Notes: a model not told the origin generated them from the letters alone. 64,000 nt of DNA from Candidatus Wolfebacteria bacterium GW2011_GWB1_47_1 (GCA_001029635.1 CP011209.1:80983-144982); one strand, 5' to 3'. Shown: positions 45,459 to 55,434, numbered from the stretch's first letter. Numbers and translations: made by a program.

Positions 45459-47096
45459 TTGTTAAAGACAGCTCTCAATCTTTTCTTTTTATTCTCCCGC
45501 AAAGAACGCATCGCGTTCATTGCGGCATTTTTTGTATTGATCATCTCGTCATTACTCCTTCTAATCAGTATCATAAAAACGAATACGGTATTATCCCCTG
45601 TTGATGGTGGCGAATATGTCGAGGGTATCGTCGGTCAGCCGATCTATATCAACCCGATTTTCGCGGAAAACAACAATCCCGACAACGACCTTTCGCAGCT
45701 ATTTTTCGCGAACATGCGGGCGATCGCAGAAAAGGTGGAAATGGGCGAAGACGGAAGAACGTTCACTATTCGCCTCAAGGGAGACATCGCATGGCAAGAC
45801 AATCAGCCGCTTACGGCAGATGATATCATTTTTACCCTGCAGTTAATCCAAGACCCGGACGTGGGGTCTTCGCTTGCGGCGGCATGGAAAGGGGTCCAGA
45901 TCAATCGCATCAGTGAACGCGAGTTACAAATCATCGCCCCCACGACCTATTCCTTCTTCGAAAACACACTTTTATCGCTACAGCCGATCCCAAAGCACCT
46001 CTTTGAAAGCATCCCGCCCGCGAACATACGCCTCTCGGACTACAACCGAGAACCGATCGGTAGCGGCCCGTACAAATTTGATTCCTTTGAAAAACGCCGG
46101 GACGGGTTCATCACGCAAATCACTGCAAAGAAGAACGACAAATACTTCGGAAATCACGCCTACATAGAAACGCTCATAGTGCGGTTCTATCAAAACGAAC
46201 CAGACGCAGTGGAAGCGCTCAATGATGGAGATATCGACGGCATGGCTATTATCGATCCGAAGAATTTCGACGGGGTATCTATTCCCTCCCGTATTCATAA
46301 GCTCGAAATGCCAAGGTATTATGCGGTATTTCCGAATTCCTTTGCTAACCCGATTCTCACGCCGATGAGTATGCGAACTGCGCTCGATCTCGCGATAGAC
46401 AAAGTGGCAATCACGCAGGAGATCTTTGGAGAAAATGCTGTCATGATAACCGATCCGATCCCTCCGTTTACGCCGGAAACGCAAGGCGTGCAGGAATATT
46501 CTCCGGAAAAGGCAAGTGCGATCCTCGAAGAGTATGGGTGGCGTATGACCGACTCAGGCATTCGAGAAAAAGATGGGGAACGACTCGAATTCATATTGAC
46601 GGTATACCCAACACCATTTCTTGAACAAACAGCGGAAATACTTAAAAAACAATGGAAGGTGGTTGGCATTGACGTACAAGTCCATATCGCATCGGCACAC
46701 AACTTCAACAGCGAAGTGATCAAGCCACGTAATTATGAGTTACTCCTCTTTGGGAACAATTACGGTAAAAACCTCGACCCCTATTCCTTCTGGCACTCAA
46801 GTCAAAAGCTAGCACCGGGACTAAATCTATCTGTCTATAGCAATAAGGATGTCGATAAATTCATTGATGTAGTTCGCACGGATTTCGACCCCGCGAGCAG
46901 AGCCATTGGTATGGGACAGATCGAACCGGTTATTATGGAAGATAAACCGGCGGTATTCCTCTACTCACCGTACTATCTCTACGTCAGTAATAAATCTCTT
47001 AAGGGATTTGATGTGCCGTCAATAGGAACACCAAGCGAACGCTTCACGCTCATCGATACATGGTATATCAAGACGGTGCGAACATTCAAAAAATAA
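45459..47096 (+). CDS. ABC transporter substrate-binding protein, family 5 (oligopeptide/nickel OppA-like) with N-terminal membrane anchor
   Basis: 545 aa; TTG start; REPIGSGPYKF signature region. Confidence 0.75.
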   Translation: MLKTALNLFFLFSRKERIAFIAAFFVLIISSLLLLISIIKTNTVLSPVDGGEYVEGIVGQPIYINPIFAENNNPDNDLSQLFFANMRAIAEKVEMGEDGRTFTIRLKGDIAWQDNQPLTADDIIFTLQLIQDPDVGSSLAAAWKGVQINRISERELQIIAPTTYSFFENTLLSLQPIPKHLFESIPPANIRLSDYNREPIGSGPYKFDSFEKRRDGFITQITAKKNDKYFGNHAYIETLIVRFYQNEPDAVEALNDGDIDGMAIIDPKNFDGVSIPSRIHKLEMPRYYAVFPNSFANPILTPMSMRTALDLAIDKVAITQEIFGENAVMITDPIPPFTPETQGVQEYSPEKASAILEEYGWRMTDSGIREKDGERLEFILTVYPTPFLEQTAEILKKQWKVVGIDVQVHIASAHNFNSEVIKPRNYELLLFGNNYGKNLDPYSFWHSSQKLAPGLNLSVYSNKDVDKFIDVVRTDFDPASRAIGMGQIEPVIMEDKPAVFLYSPYYLYVSNKSLKGFDVPSIGTPSERFTLIDTWYIKTVRTFKK

Positions 47097-47113
47097 TCTT
47101 GGTCATAAAGGTT

Positions 47114-47137
47114 GTCATTCCGGCGGAGGCCGGAATC
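47114..47137. repeat. REP-like hairpin GTCATTCCGGCGGAGGCCGGAATC
   Basis: Conserved GTCATTCC/GGAATC flanks with covarying stem CCGGC/GCCGG. Confidence 0.55.
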
Positions 47138-47184
47138 TAGAAGTCTTCTTTAAGGTAATATCTACTCATAAAACTCTGGATCCC

Positions 47185-48036
47185 GTGTCGTGGCACGGGA
47201 TGACAGATACAAAAATGCTCAACCTCAAAAAACAAAGTGGGATCTCCGCAACATTCGAAGATAACATGATCGCATTCGGTAAGGATATCGTCTCCGAGCC
47301 CGTGCGCACACGCACGCTCGAAGACGTCCGCCCGTATTTAATGCACAAGGATGCAACGTCGCGCCGAAAGAATTTCTACTTGATGTACCGAGATCCACAT
47401 CGCACACAGGACGAGGCAGTCTTTAGACAATACGGCATCCGTTATGACATCACCGTCCTCTTTCCCGGCACGATCGGTGGAAAGAAAGGCGAGTATGTTA
47501 AAACGATCGGACATACCCATTCGGCTGCCGAACTCTACGAGGTCCTTCACGGGACCGCCCTCTTCGTGCTTCAAGAAATAGCGGGAGAAAATCGAATATT
47601 CTTTATCAAGGCGACTAAAGGGGAGAAGGTCATCATCCCTCCGGAGTTTGGCCACATCACCACCAATATAAGCGATGAGCCGTTGATCCTCGCTGATCTA
47701 TTCCAAGATAGCGTGAAGTCGGATTATTCGTTCTTTAAGGAGCACCAGGGGGCAGCATACTGGGTAAGCGCGCTTGGCCTAAGCTCAGATACAAAGGACA
47801 ACGCATTGGCTACAGAGGGCATTACGCTCACTCAGAACACGAAACATAAGAACGTAGGTGAAGTAATCATGGGAACTCCTGCGGAATATACCGGACTCTC
47901 AAAGAAAACTCCTATCTACACCGCATTCGTGTCCGATCCGAAGCAATTCTCTTTTCTTCTGGATCCTAAAAAAGCATGGAAGATTCTCGATGAACAGGGC
48001 CTTTGTTATGCGGAATGGAAAGAGCAGCTTGCATAA
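47185..48036 (+). CDS. cupin-type (archaeal-type) glucose-6-phosphate isomerase with C-terminal extension
   Basis: 283 aa; TIGHTHSAAELYEVLHGTA and IPPEFGHITTN match the cPGI motifs TxGHxHxxxxExY and PPxxxHxxxN. Confidence 0.65.
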   Translation: MSWHGMTDTKMLNLKKQSGISATFEDNMIAFGKDIVSEPVRTRTLEDVRPYLMHKDATSRRKNFYLMYRDPHRTQDEAVFRQYGIRYDITVLFPGTIGGKKGEYVKTIGHTHSAAELYEVLHGTALFVLQEIAGENRIFFIKATKGEKVIIPPEFGHITTNISDEPLILADLFQDSVKSDYSFFKEHQGAAYWVSALGLSSDTKDNALATEGITLTQNTKHKNVGEVIMGTPAEYTGLSKKTPIYTAFVSDPKQFSFLLDPKKAWKILDEQGLCYAEWKEQLA

Positions 48037-48096
48037 TACCCCTAATAAGGGTATTATGGGGTATTATTTCGGCGGCTGAACAAGCCCCGAACACCT

Positions 48097-48181
<85 letters not shown>

Positions 48182-48447
48182 CATCTTTCAGCATTACTAC
48201 ATAAGAGAGTTGTGGTTCTGCCAGAAAAATATATAATCCGTCAACCGACGGACAAACAAACAATAATCATACGAACAACGTATTGGCGTAAAAATTGGCA
48301 CCCATCCGTCCTAACGGACACGCGCCACTTTTTATAGTTTCCTATTATGCAGGGCGTATGTTTGCGAAATGTGTCAGATCACAATGCGTAAACATAGGCC
48401 CTCCATGAGAAGGCATCCAGACGTACTACGTATATATCTAAAGAAAA

Positions 48448-50529
48448 ATGGAACAAAAAAACACACCATCTCGACGACCGTTCCGGCCACGCACCGCGCA
48501 GCCAGGAGCAGTACCAAAAACACACAACATAGGCGAAGGAGCCCCAAGCGTAAGGCCACAACGACCTGTAAAGCCGTTTGGTGAAGGAGCAAGACCACAC
48601 CGACCCGCAGGTGCCCCGCGTGACGGCGGCACACCACAACGCACCGAAGGACCTCGCCCATTTGGAGCTCAGCGTGAAGGAGGACGCCGCCCACGCCCGC
48701 AAAGCATCGGAGGACAATATATCCCCCGCCGTGGACGTGAAAAGCACGACTACGACCCAAAGATGCTCCCGGTAACAACCGACCAACCGCTTAAGCCCGA
48801 ACGCCCTATGGGTACCGTACGCCGCGCAGAGCATGGCAAGCGCGCGGGATTCCGCGAATCCGCAAAGGATATCGTTCGTTTTTGTGCACTCGGAGGACTC
48901 GAAGAAATCGGGCGCAATATGTCTTTCTTCGAATATGGAGATGAGATCGTCATCTTTGATGCCGGACTTGAATTCGCAGGAGAAGAAAACCCGGGAGTCG
49001 ACTACATTATCCCGAACACAACCTACCTCGAGCAAAACAAGCATAAAATCCGCGCAATGGTGGTAACCCACGCACACTACGACCACATCGGTGCAATTCC
49101 ACACATTATGGAAAAGTTAGGGAACCCGACCATCTATACAACCCCACTGACGAAGGAGATTATCAACAAGCGCCAAGGAGATTATCCCAACACGCCAAAG
49201 CTCGACTTCGAGATTGTGAAGAATCGCGACGTCATTAAAGTGTCTGACAACATAACGTTGGAATTCTTTAACATCATCCACAGTATCCCGGATTCCATTA
49301 GCATCCTAGTCAAGACACCGGTAGGAAATTTTGTATACGCGACCGATGTAAAGGTTGAATACGATACAAAGGGCAACGAACACGGACTGGATGAGTACAA
49401 GCGGGTTGCCGAACAAGGCATCCTTGGCCTCTTCCTCGAAAGTACCAATGCGGAAGTTCCCGGCAAATCGCTTGCAAGTGATTTGATCATGGACAACATC
49501 GAGAACATCTTCCTTAAGACCAAGGGGCGCATGGTTATTGCGATGTTTGCATCCATGCTGACTCGCGTTGGCGAAGTGATCACCCTTGCAGAAAAACACA
49601 ACAAAAAAATCGCATTCTCGGGACTGTCAATGAAAACCAACGTGCAGATCGCGCAAAATCTTGGATATATCAAGATCAAACAAGGCACGGTCATCCCGCT
49701 CGATGATATTCATAAATATCCGGACGATAAGGTTGTTATTCTCTCAACAGGAGCACAGGGAGAAGAAAATGCAAGTCTCATGAAGATCGCAACGGGAGAA
49801 AATCGATCATTTCAGGTTCGCCCAGGAGATACGATCATGTTCTCGTCATCGATCATTCCAGGCAATGAGCGCGCCGTACAGACCGTCAAGGACGCACTAG
49901 CACGCCAAGGAGCAATCATTTATCACTCAAAGAACTCCGACATTTATTCCAGTGGTCATGCCACGGCAGATGAATTGAAGGCGATTATCAAAGCGGTCAA
50001 ACCGAAGTACTACGTACCGATCCATGGATACTACTTCATGCGATCAACTAACGCGTTGCTCGCACAGGAATGTGGCGTTTTAAAGGAAAATACCATAGTA
50101 GCCGATAATGGATTGGTTGTTGAATTCTCAAAGACAGGGTTCCAGGTGGATATGGATCACCAGCTTCCCGCTCATTACGTCATGGTTGATGGATTGGGCG
50201 TCGGCGATGTCGGAGAGATCGTCATGCGCGACCGCAAAATGCTCGCAGAAGAAGGCATGGTCGTGATCGTTGCCACGATCGACAAGAAAACCGGAAACAT
50301 CATCAAAAATCCGGATATCATATCTCGCGGATTCATCTATCTTAAGGAAAATGTTGGAATCGTTGAAGAAATGCGCAAGAAGATCAAGGGAATCATCGTG
50401 CAAATGCCGGTACACAAAGAAGTCGAGATGGACTATCTAAAGTCGCTCGTTCGTGACCAGATCGGCCAATTCCTGTATACTAAAACGAAGCGAAGACCAA
50501 TGGTCCTCCCAGTCATTATATATGTGTGA
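48448..50529 (+). CDS. rnj: ribonuclease J (metallo-beta-lactamase / beta-CASP) with ~130-aa Arg/Pro/Gly-rich N-terminal extension
   Basis: 693 aa; VVTHAHYDHIGAIPHI motif 2, beta-CASP and C-terminal domains. Confidence 0.8.
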   Translation: MEQKNTPSRRPFRPRTAQPGAVPKTHNIGEGAPSVRPQRPVKPFGEGARPHRPAGAPRDGGTPQRTEGPRPFGAQREGGRRPRPQSIGGQYIPRRGREKHDYDPKMLPVTTDQPLKPERPMGTVRRAEHGKRAGFRESAKDIVRFCALGGLEEIGRNMSFFEYGDEIVIFDAGLEFAGEENPGVDYIIPNTTYLEQNKHKIRAMVVTHAHYDHIGAIPHIMEKLGNPTIYTTPLTKEIINKRQGDYPNTPKLDFEIVKNRDVIKVSDNITLEFFNIIHSIPDSISILVKTPVGNFVYATDVKVEYDTKGNEHGLDEYKRVAEQGILGLFLESTNAEVPGKSLASDLIMDNIENIFLKTKGRMVIAMFASMLTRVGEVITLAEKHNKKIAFSGLSMKTNVQIAQNLGYIKIKQGTVIPLDDIHKYPDDKVVILSTGAQGEENASLMKIATGENRSFQVRPGDTIMFSSSIIPGNERAVQTVKDALARQGAIIYHSKNSDIYSSGHATADELKAIIKAVKPKYYVPIHGYYFMRSTNALLAQECGVLKENTIVADNGLVVEFSKTGFQVDMDHQLPAHYVMVDGLGVGDVGEIVMRDRKMLAEEGMVVIVATIDKKTGNIIKNPDIISRGFIYLKENVGIVEEMRKKIKGIIVQMPVHKEVEMDYLKSLVRDQIGQFLYTKTKRRPMVLPVIIYV

Positions 50530-50609
50530 GTTTTGAGTGGTGAGGTATAGGGCACGAAAAATGCAATTGTACTCAACACCTTACCTCTTACCTCAATCTC
50601 TAATATCTT

Positions 50610-51632
50610 ATGCAAAAGCCAGTCCTCTTCTCCGGCATGCAGCCGACCGGAAAACTCCATATCGGAAACTACTTCGGCGCGTTAAAAAATTGGGTTGAGC
50701 TGCAAAACTCAGGGAGATACCAATGCTACTTCTTCGTCGCCGACCTGCATTCAATCACCGCGTCATTTGATCCGGCTGAAAAATATAGACAATCAGTAGA
50801 AGTGATCGCGGATTACATTGCCGCAGGTATCAGTCCGGAAAAATCCATTGTATTTATACAATCGCAGATTCCGGAACACAGCGAGCTCGCATGGGTACTT
50901 AATTGCATTACTCCATTCGGAGAATTACGTCGCATGACGCAATTCAAGGACAAATCGACGACACAAGCAGAAAACATCAATGTCGGACTATTCGACTATC
51001 CAGTCCTGATGGCAGCAGATGTCCTACTCTATGACACAGAAGTCGTACCGGTCGGAGAAGATCAGCTGCAGCACCTTGAACTTACCCGCACCATCGCGCG
51101 CAAGTTTAATGGACAATTCACAAAGATCATGCAAGAACCGGAGCCGCTATTGACTGAAGTTCCGCGTCTTATGAGCTTGAGCGATCCGCTCAAGAAGATG
51201 TCCAAGTCGATGCCAGAGGGGTGCCTTTTTCTCGACGACGAGCCCGATGTCATTCGCGATAAAGTAAAGCGCGCGGTGACCGACTCGGATGCGAAAGTGC
51301 TCTATAGTCCATCCAAAAAACCGGGCATTGCAAACCTAATGCGTATCTACCGCGGATTTACCAATCTACCAATCAAAGAAATCGAAAAGAAGTACGCAGG
51401 TGCAAACTACGGTGTGTTCAAGAAAGAGCTTGCCGAAGTGATTGTCGAAGGCTTGCGACCATTCCAGGTGCGTAAAAAGCTGCTCATGAAGAAGTCGGGT
51501 GAAATAGATCGGATCATTGAGAAAGGACGAAAAAAAGCTCAGAAAAAAGCGACTGAAAAGATGGACCAGGTAAAGGTAACGCTCGGCATCGCAAAAAAAC
51601 CGATGAAGAAAACAGTCACAAAAAGCGCATAA
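50610..51632 (+). CDS. trpS: tryptophan--tRNA ligase
   Basis: 340 aa; SGMQPTGKLHIGNY (HIGH) and KMSKS motifs; Lys-rich C-terminal tail. Confidence 0.85.
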   Translation: MQKPVLFSGMQPTGKLHIGNYFGALKNWVELQNSGRYQCYFFVADLHSITASFDPAEKYRQSVEVIADYIAAGISPEKSIVFIQSQIPEHSELAWVLNCITPFGELRRMTQFKDKSTTQAENINVGLFDYPVLMAADVLLYDTEVVPVGEDQLQHLELTRTIARKFNGQFTKIMQEPEPLLTEVPRLMSLSDPLKKMSKSMPEGCLFLDDEPDVIRDKVKRAVTDSDAKVLYSPSKKPGIANLMRIYRGFTNLPIKEIEKKYAGANYGVFKKELAEVIVEGLRPFQVRKKLLMKKSGEIDRIIEKGRKKAQKKATEKMDQVKVTLGIAKKPMKKTVTKSA

Positions 51633-51649
51633 TGCGCTTTTTGTTTTTT
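51622..51649 (+). terminator. rho-independent terminator of trpS
   Basis: AGCGCAT-AA-TGCGCT hairpin spanning the stop codon, followed by TTTTTGTTTTTT. Confidence 0.6.
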
Positions 51650-51696
51650 AGTGAATTGCGCAACTCAACAAAGTCGCGCACTCCTGCCCATTAAAA

Positions 51697-51734
51697 TTGC
51701 TGTCCAAATTGACGGTCGTCAATTTGGACAGCAA
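51697..51734. repeat. perfect 17-bp inverted repeat TTGCTGTCCAAATTGAC-GGTC-GTCAATTTGGACAGCAA
   Basis: Seen directly; no T-run, so more likely a protein-binding palindrome or REP than a terminator. Confidence 0.4.
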
Positions 51735-51971
51735 CTACCAAGCCTTAATGTAATCAGTTTTTTCACATACATCTCTGCGTCCCCATCCTCTACTCACCAG
51801 GAAGTATCTAGGTACTGGGATTTTTAAGTGATGTATTTTACACGGTATGCGTGTTCGACAGCCCAATTCTTGCTTTTAGCGTAGCAAGGCGAAAATGGCA
51901 ATATTCTATGACAGGTGGATCACACGTGGTTTTCTGATAAGGTGGTACCGAGATTGAATGGCCCACAATAC

Positions 51972-52006
51972 AAAAGCCCCTCGAATAATCGAGGGGCCGT
52001 TTTTTT
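51972..52006. terminator. bidirectional rho-independent terminator
   Basis: GCCCCTCGA-ATAA-TCGAGGGGC 9-bp stem flanked by A4 / T8; downstream of the minus-strand lipoprotein gene. Confidence 0.6.
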
Positions 52007-52023
52007 ACCGGGGAAGATTTTTA

Positions 52024-52683
52024 TTATCCTTTCCCGGGGAAGAAGGGGTCGAAGAGAAGCACGGGGCTACCCAACGCCTCCCCGTGCACGTGCAAGATCT
52101 TACCGCTCGTCGCTCCGCGGACGACGATATGGCTACCGATCCCGCCGGAAAACATACCCGTCCCCGCATCGGGAAGCGTGACCACGATCTGCTCAAGCAA
52201 GGACCATCCGATATCGGCAACAATCCGGAAGGTTACCACCTTTCCCTTGGGGATAAGAACCCCGCACGGGATGTACGCATAGGTCGTATCGACCCATCCG
52301 TTTTCCGGTGATGCCTGTCTGGGCATCACCGATGTCGCCGTGGGACTTGCCTGGATGTCATTTTGCGTAAGGCGGATGTTGTGCAAGACATTTTCCTGCA
52401 GTAGTTCCTGATACCGGGAACTGTAGATTTCCGGGATCACGAATTCCAGGATACCATCTTCGACATCGTCGACGGCAACTGCGAATTCATTGACAACGAC
52501 ACTTCGCTGTCCGTAATCCACACACTGTAGATAGCCATCGTTGAAGTTCGTCGAGGAAACGTATACGTTCCCCGAAGGCCCATTGTCGGGAAGCGTCGCG
52601 GTGGATACATATTGCGTATCCCCACATCCGGCAAACAACGCCACCAGAGCTCCCAAAACCACCGCCAAAAACATTCTCTTCAT
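52024..52683 (-). CDS. hypothetical lipoprotein
   Basis: 219 aa; signal peptide with lipobox LFAGC. Confidence 0.5.
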   Translation of the reverse strand: MKRMFLAVVLGALVALFAGCGDTQYVSTATLPDNGPSGNVYVSSTNFNDGYLQCVDYGQRSVVVNEFAVAVDDVEDGILEFVIPEIYSSRYQELLQENVLHNIRLTQNDIQASPTATSVMPRQASPENGWVDTTYAYIPCGVLIPKGKVVTFRIVADIGWSLLEQIVVTLPDAGTGMFSGGIGSHIVVRGATSGKILHVHGEALGSPVLLFDPFFPGKG

Positions 52684-52775
52684 ATATACCCCCTTAGTTT
52701 TTTAACTGCTGAATATATTGTATACTAAAAACATATTTATGTCAATAGGAAAGAAAACCCCGCTTTCGCGGAGGG

Positions 52776-53294
52776 TTATGTAGTATTCTCCTTTTCTTCA
52801 TTCTCCGGGGCATCTTCTGCTTCTTCCGCAGATTCTCCAACAATGGGCCCAAGTTCAAGTTCCGTAATCTTGTCGATCCTTCGCTGGTGATGCTCGGCTC
52901 CGTCATATGCAGTTTCAATGAACGCATCAACGATTGCCTTTGCCGTATCTGCATCAAGAAAATCGGCAGCGAGTGCAAGCACATTCGCATCATCATCGTT
53001 CCGCGCAGCCTTTGCTTGATCTGAGTTAGAGATCAATGCCGAGCGAATATCGATAAACTTGTTCGCCACGATATCGACACCCACTCCCGAACCGCAAATC
53101 ACGATCCCCCGATCCTCGACAGGATTATTCGAAACAGCATCGGCAACCGCAGCGGCGAAATCAGGATAATCATCCCCCTCCTCCTCTACTTCATTACCCA
53201 TATCGACGACATCATACCCTCTATCAAACAAAAACGCCTTAAGCTCTTCCTTTAATGCGAACCCACGATGATCCGCGCCAAGATAAATAATCAT
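52776..53294 (-). CDS. rpiB: ribose-5-phosphate isomerase B / LacAB-family sugar-phosphate isomerase with acidic C-terminal tail
   Basis: 172 aa; MIIYLGADHRGFALKE...VICGSGVGV matches RpiB. Confidence 0.75.
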   Translation of the reverse strand: MIIYLGADHRGFALKEELKAFLFDRGYDVVDMGNEVEEEGDDYPDFAAAVADAVSNNPVEDRGIVICGSGVGVDIVANKFIDIRSALISNSDQAKAARNDDDANVLALAADFLDADTAKAIVDAFIETAYDGAEHHQRRIDKITELELGPIVGESAEEAEDAPENEEKENTT

Positions 53295-53381
53295 ATGTAA
53301 ATAAATTTCTAATTTTTAACTTCTAAAAAATACGAATTTTAACATGCGCTCTTAGAAATTCGTAATTAGTAAATTCGCTAT

Positions 53382-54410
53382 TCAAGTAAGCGCTACTGAC
53401 TTCTCTACATGTTTTTCAAGCGTCGAAACATACCCCCACTCGTTATCATACCACGACAAGACCTTTACCAAATCGCCATCGACAACCTTGGTCATCCGCA
53501 AGTCGACAAGTGCTCCCGTTTCTTGTCCAAGCACATCACTTGATACGATCTGTTCATTCGTAACCGTCAAGATGCCCTTCCAGCGCGGAGATTGTGCCGC
53601 TTCCTTCAAAATAGTGTTCACTTCTTCGACAGTAGTCGGCCGAGATGCGACAAAGGTGATGTCGGCAACTGATCCGGACGCGACGGGGGTTCGCAAAGCA
53701 ATGCCATCAAACTTCCCCTCAAGTGCCGTAAATGCGCGCGTTACCGCAATGGCTGCCCCCGTCGTAGAAGGCACGATATTCTGTGCGCCTGCCCGACCGC
53801 GACGAAAATCGCTTCCTTTGACAGGGCTGTCGACCATGGTCTGCGTATTGGTATACGCGTGTGCAGTGGTCATCATAGCTTTAAGAATACCAAGCTTCTC
53901 GGATAGTACCGCAACAACAGGCGATATGCCATTGGTCGTACATGACGCATTTGAAGTTACCGCGCATGAGCTCATGACGTCATCATTAATACCCATTAGT
54001 ACTGTACGGCCAAGCTCGCCGTCCGCATCCTTTGCAGGGGCAGAAATGACAACTCGCTTCGCGCCCGCTTTGATATGTGCCTGGTTCTTCTCGAATGATT
54101 CGTAGACTCCGGTGGATTCGATAACAAGATCAACCCCCAAAGCACCCCACGGGAGCATGGTCGGATCCTTTTCGGATACAAACGCGATCTCCTTGTCATC
54201 GACAACAATGGCATTCTTGCCCTCACTCTTAATGAAGGAGACTTCTTTATCGTATTGGCTATAGACCGTATCATACTTCAAAAGATATGCGAGATTCTCG
54301 ACATCTCCCAGGTCGTTAATGGCTACTATTTCGAAATTCGGATTACCGAACGCTTTACGGAAGAATAATCGTCCAATGCGTCCAAACCCATTGATGGCAA
54401 CTTTTTTCAT
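53382..54410 (-). CDS. gap: type I glyceraldehyde-3-phosphate dehydrogenase
   Basis: 342 aa; INGFGRIGR, ASCTTN active site. Confidence 0.85.
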   Translation of the reverse strand: MKKVAINGFGRIGRLFFRKAFGNPNFEIVAINDLGDVENLAYLLKYDTVYSQYDKEVSFIKSEGKNAIVVDDKEIAFVSEKDPTMLPWGALGVDLVIESTGVYESFEKNQAHIKAGAKRVVISAPAKDADGELGRTVLMGINDDVMSSCAVTSNASCTTNGISPVVAVLSEKLGILKAMMTTAHAYTNTQTMVDSPVKGSDFRRGRAGAQNIVPSTTGAAIAVTRAFTALEGKFDGIALRTPVASGSVADITFVASRPTTVEEVNTILKEAAQSPRWKGILTVTNEQIVSSDVLGQETGALVDLRMTKVVDGDLVKVLSWYDNEWGYVSTLEKHVEKSVALT

Positions 54411-54517
54411 ATCCTCATTATACCAATTGTTGTCATATTTAATAACCCTTGACGAAAGAGCCCAAGCCCTGTTATACAGTAATCTGCTGTTTATAGATCA
54501 CAGGGCGTGGAGGCTGT

Positions 54518-54874
54518 ATGAAAAAGTTATTAGTAGTAGGAAGGATCATCCCCCAAGAGTTGCTCGAACGCCTCAAGGGTGGCGGCGTACAAGCGAATGT
54601 AATGCGCTTTCCGGAGCAACACGACTTTCAGGAAACGCTCAGGACATTTGAGCCCGATGCGGCAGTGTTCCTATGGCCAAGCGGGCAAGAGGAAACAACG
54701 CTCCAAACGAAGCTTATCGATGACCATATGAAGAACATCCCGACGCTCGTGCTGAGCCCTGCCTTATGGCAGCGATACGCGCAAGCAGAAGAAATGGACA
54801 TCCACATCGGAGCCATCTCAGAACCGCGCGCGATTCTGGAATGGGTGCATCAGGTATGCCCCGGACACACCTAG
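54518..54874 (+). CDS. hypothetical protein (first of tandem paralog pair)
   Basis: 118 aa. Confidence 0.35.
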   Translation: MKKLLVVGRIIPQELLERLKGGGVQANVMRFPEQHDFQETLRTFEPDAAVFLWPSGQEETTLQTKLIDDHMKNIPTLVLSPALWQRYAQAEEMDIHIGAISEPRAILEWVHQVCPGHT

Positions 54875-54999
54875 CAACCCATAGATACAAGCCGCCGGCA
54901 CTACGCTGGCGGCTTTTTTGTCTTTATGCGTTTCTTGACACACTGTACCATCACTGCTATAAAAAGAGCAGAACCATATCACACACGATCGGAGGAAGT

Positions 55000-55347
55000 A
55001 TGGGCCACAGAATATTGATCGTAGGACGAGCGATCTCATGCACTATGACCGAACATCTCGAAGCACATGGGATCGAGGTGAAACGCCTACAAGAGATCAA
55101 AAGGGAGCGGTTTGAAGAAGAGCTGGAGACGTTCAAGCCCGACGGGATCATCTTCACGCAAATGCCGTTTACCGCCGACGAGCGCCAAAGGCAACGCATG
55201 ATACTCGAAACGAAAGTGATTCCCATCCTTGTCACCGGATCCTTCACATGGAGCGACTGCGTAATAGCGCGGTCACCTCATGTGTATTTCGCATCGATCG
55301 TAACGCCAGACCAAGCATTGGCCTGGTTCAAGTGCGCGTGCCAATAG
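55000..55347 (+). CDS. hypothetical protein (second of tandem paralog pair)
   Basis: ATG at 55000 preceded by GGAGGA; MGHRILIVGRAISCTMTEHLEAHG...; ORF-track version 54766..55347 overlaps the first paralog. Confidence 0.35.
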   Translation: MGHRILIVGRAISCTMTEHLEAHGIEVKRLQEIKRERFEEELETFKPDGIIFTQMPFTADERQRQRMILETKVIPILVTGSFTWSDCVIARSPHVYFASIVTPDQALAWFKCACQ

Positions 55348-55434
55348 CATCGGCGCTGCACTGCATACACAAAATCCGTGCGCCCTGGGCGCACGGATTT
55401 TTTCATCTACACACCTCTTTGTACGCGCCTCGCA

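Noticed and set aside
48374-49104. 241-aa minus-strand ORF and several others overlapping the 5' part of rnj
   Set aside because: Antisense ORFs in locally GC-rich DNA encoding the Arg/Pro-rich RNase J extension; no motifs.
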